Virus record (IMG/VR): IMGVR_UViG_3300037483_000040
Span: 1-45,310 of that record
Direction: 5' to 3' (one strand)
DNA: 45,310 nt
DNA from: a virus
Taxonomy: Duplodnaviria > Caudoviricetes
Positions 43,128-45,310 of the stretch are shown in pieces (position 1 is the stretch's first letter; each line of letters starts with the position of its first letter). A model generated the notes under the pieces. It was not told the origin of the DNA and ran no database searches. It saw nothing but the letters and a program-made list of their open reading frames with translations. A program made the translations under genes and the position numbers.

Positions 43128-44255
43128 ATGAAATATATCATCAGAACATCTGACCGTAAGAAGTTCAAAGAGTGTCGTCTGGCTTGGGACCTCGGGTCTA
43201 AGATTAGACAGAATCTAGAACCTATTGGTATCAGAACACCTCTTGACTTTGGTACTGAGATCCATGCAGGACTCGAACGCTGGTATGATCCTGCATTATG
43301 GGATGGACCACCTGGAGCACGAGCTGCTCTATCACAATTGGCCTTTCAGGAGCAGTGGCGCAAGCATCGGATGAGCTACGAACGAAACGGAGTCTTGTCT
43401 GTCGAAGCTATGGACGACATGCTTCAGCGGAAGGAACTCGGCACTAAGATGCTCGAGTACTACTTCTTGTGGTCAGCCAAACGTGATAAGGGACTCACTC
43501 CGATCTATACCGAGATTGAGTTCGAAGTCCCTATCATGTTGCCTACTGATGCTATTACACTCCCTGAGCACTTCGGTTTCAGCGTCGCATATGGGTTGCC
43601 AACCCTAACCTATCGTGACAGGGAAGTTGTCTATCAAGGTCGAATCGATCTGATCGTTCAAGACTCTGATGGTTACTATTGGTTGGTAGATCATAAGACG
43701 GCTGGACGCTTTGAGGACAATACGGAGTTCCTAGTTCGTGATGAGCAGTGCAAGTCATATGCTTGGGCTCTGGGTTGGCAACTAGGTATTAACGTTCGTG
43801 GTGTTATCTACAATGAACTCTACAAAGGTATTCCAGAAGCCCCTGCGCGTCTGAACACGATCCGTAAGGGTCTTTCCTTCTCTACGAATAAGACCCAGGA
43901 TACAACCTTCGAGCTTGCACTAGAGACGTTTAAGGCAGAGGATAGGGCAGCCTTCAGAGCAGGCCTATACGATCCTTACTTGACGTTCCTCAGAACAGAA
44001 GGTAGAGAGTTCTGTAGAAGGAATCGAATCACTTATACACCCGAGATGCTAGAGATCTTGGGTAATCAGATCTGTCTCGAAGCGATCGACATGCTCTCCG
44101 ATCCATATGTGTACCCAAGCCCTGACAGGTGGAAGTGCCGCTGGTGTGACTTCAGAACTCCATGTGAGAGTCTTCTGGATGGTCAACCTATCGATTGGAT
44201 GAAAGAAACAATGTACATTAAGAGAAGCGATCAACTCGAGGTAACAAGCAATTGA
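43128..44255 (+). CDS. Cas4/RecB-like PD-(D/E)XK exonuclease
   Basis: FGTEIH, GRIDL, VDHKT, Q..SY, an N-terminal Cys and C-terminal CRWC..RTPC (Fe-S ligands). Confidence 0.9.
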   Translation: MKYIIRTSDRKKFKECRLAWDLGSKIRQNLEPIGIRTPLDFGTEIHAGLERWYDPALWDGPPGARAALSQLAFQEQWRKHRMSYERNGVLSVEAMDDMLQRKELGTKMLEYYFLWSAKRDKGLTPIYTEIEFEVPIMLPTDAITLPEHFGFSVAYGLPTLTYRDREVVYQGRIDLIVQDSDGYYWLVDHKTAGRFEDNTEFLVRDEQCKSYAWALGWQLGINVRGVIYNELYKGIPEAPARLNTIRKGLSFSTNKTQDTTFELALETFKAEDRAAFRAGLYDPYLTFLRTEGREFCRRNRITYTPEMLEILGNQICLEAIDMLSDPYVYPSPDRWKCRWCDFRTPCESLLDGQPIDWMKETMYIKRSDQLEVTSN

Positions 44256-45136
44256 CTATTTCAGATGCTGATCTACAATCAGTTGTTACGCCCCGCGGAG
44301 TTCCTAATGCGTCTCCCCCGGTCCCTGTCAAAGCACTGACACCACAGAGCCTTGGTGGTCTCACCGTTGCTACTGTGCAGGAGTCAGCTAACACAATCAA
44401 CATGATTCTGTATGGCGACTCTGGAACGGGAAAGACTCGACTCGCAGCTACGGCAGAGAACGTCCCAGCGATGTCTCCAGTGCTCTTCCTGGATATTGAG
44501 GGAGGCGTATCAAGTATTAAGCATCTGCATCCGACCATTAGTGTTATTCGTATCACTGCCTTCGACCAGATGCAGAAGGTGTACGATGCCCTCTATGATG
44601 GGAAACACCCCTATAAGACTGTCGTTGTAGACAGCCTCACTGAGGTCCAGAAGGTCGGTATGTACGGCATCATGGAGAAGGCCGTTATCAAGGACACTCA
44701 GCGCGACCCCGACCTCCCAGGTATTGGTGAGTGGGGTAAGAACACTGAGCAGATGCGAAAGTTCGTTAGAGCGTTCCGTGACATCCCTAATGTTAATACT
44801 ATCTTCACTGCACTCAGGATGGATGATCGCAATCCTCGTAGCGGTGTCACAACGACTCTCCCAAGTCTGTCTGGTAAGTTGGCCAAGGAGGTTAGTGCCC
44901 TTGTAGATGAGGTTCTGTACTACTACATCAAGAACATCGAAGGTAAGTATCAACGCCTCCTGTTGACTACCAAGACAGAGGAGATTGTTGCAAAGGATCG
45001 TAGCGACAATCTTCCAGTAGTAGTAGTGGAACCAACGATGCAAGACCTATACAACTACATCACACACAAAACACCCAAGAACCGAACTGATCCTATTTCA
45101 CCTCAGGAGACAAACGAAGATGGGCTTGCGAGTTAA
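44252..45136 (+). CDS. AAA_24 / Sak4-like RecA-fold ATPase (recombinase)
   Basis: YGDSGTGKT, FLDIEGG, VVDSLTE and AKDR motifs. Confidence 0.88.
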   Translation: MTISDADLQSVVTPRGVPNASPPVPVKALTPQSLGGLTVATVQESANTINMILYGDSGTGKTRLAATAENVPAMSPVLFLDIEGGVSSIKHLHPTISVIRITAFDQMQKVYDALYDGKHPYKTVVVDSLTEVQKVGMYGIMEKAVIKDTQRDPDLPGIGEWGKNTEQMRKFVRAFRDIPNVNTIFTALRMDDRNPRSGVTTTLPSLSGKLAKEVSALVDEVLYYYIKNIEGKYQRLLLTTKTEEIVAKDRSDNLPVVVVEPTMQDLYNYITHKTPKNRTDPISPQETNEDGLAS

Positions 45137-45310
45137 CTTCACTGGCGTTTCTGTTGGCGATACCGAGGCCAAGCCGAATGGTTGGTATCATGTTGCTGTG
45201 TCAGACGTCGAGGTCAAGAAGGCAGGCGAGAAGGCCAAGAACCCTGGAGCCGAGTATTGGCAGTACGAGCTCACGATTCAGAGTGGTGAGCTCACCGGTC
45301 GCAAGTTCTG
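45120..45310 (+). CDS. DUF669-like / single-stranded DNA-binding protein, N-terminal part (truncated)
   Basis: MGLRVNFTGV...PNGWYHVAVSDVEVK...ELTIQSGELTGRKF; the usual Cas4-Sak4-DUF669 order; AGGAG SD. Confidence 0.75.
   Translation, partial: MGLRVNFTGVSVGDTEAKPNGWYHVAVSDVEVKKAGEKAKNPGAEYWQYELTIQSGELTGRKF

Noticed and set aside
43128-44255. Cas4-like gene as evidence of a CRISPR-Cas system
   Set aside because: There are no other cas genes and no array. It sits in the standard phage exonuclease-Sak4-DUF669 recombination trio.
1-45310. Stop-codon reassignment (TAG/CTAG looks frequent by eye)
   Set aside because: Conserved genes are full length in the standard code, and several end at TAG exactly where the next gene begins (e.g. 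2318/2319, 18233).
1-45310. Prophage or temperate lifestyle; introns or inteins in polymerase, terminase or helicase
   Set aside because: No integrase, repressor, att site or host genes are seen in the window, and those genes are uninterrupted and of normal length.

Overview
The window is most of a lytic-looking, tailed (siphovirus-type) dsDNA phage genome, probably infecting an actinobacterium or another Gram-positive host (r1t-type holin, GH25 lysin, actinophage-like small genes). It is cut inside genes at both ends. (1) 1-6.6 kb, + strand: a 7-deazaguanine DNA-modification cluster (queD end, queE, folE, MazG-like, DpdA/TGT-like), a UDG-fused family A DNA polymerase, a degenerate HNH protein and a RuvC-like resolvase. 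(2) 6.7-28.4 kb, - strand: the late operon, with small terminase, four accessory virion genes, large terminase, Mu-like portal/protease/adaptor genes, capsid, tail (a -1 frameshifted tail chaperone), tape measure, minor tail proteins and lysis genes. (3) 28.5-29.5 kb: an AT-rich divergent control region with repeats. (4) 29.5-45.3 kb, + strand: many small early genes, an ATP-dependent ligase, an SNF2 helicase, a Cas4/RecB-like nuclease, an AAA_24 recombinase and a DUF669-like gene. No integrase or repressor is visible. The least explained signals are: two intergenic clusters of stacked RNA hairpins (35.6-35.8 kb and 37.5-37.9 kb) that share an 11-nt anticodon-loop-like motif and include tRNA mimics; a ~125-bp degenerate inverted repeat pair 34 kb apart with ~10-bp periodic motifs; an Acb2/Tad1-like sponge gene coupled to the major capsid gene; and unannotated, very acidic microproteins. 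All calls come from reading motifs by eye; no database searches were run.
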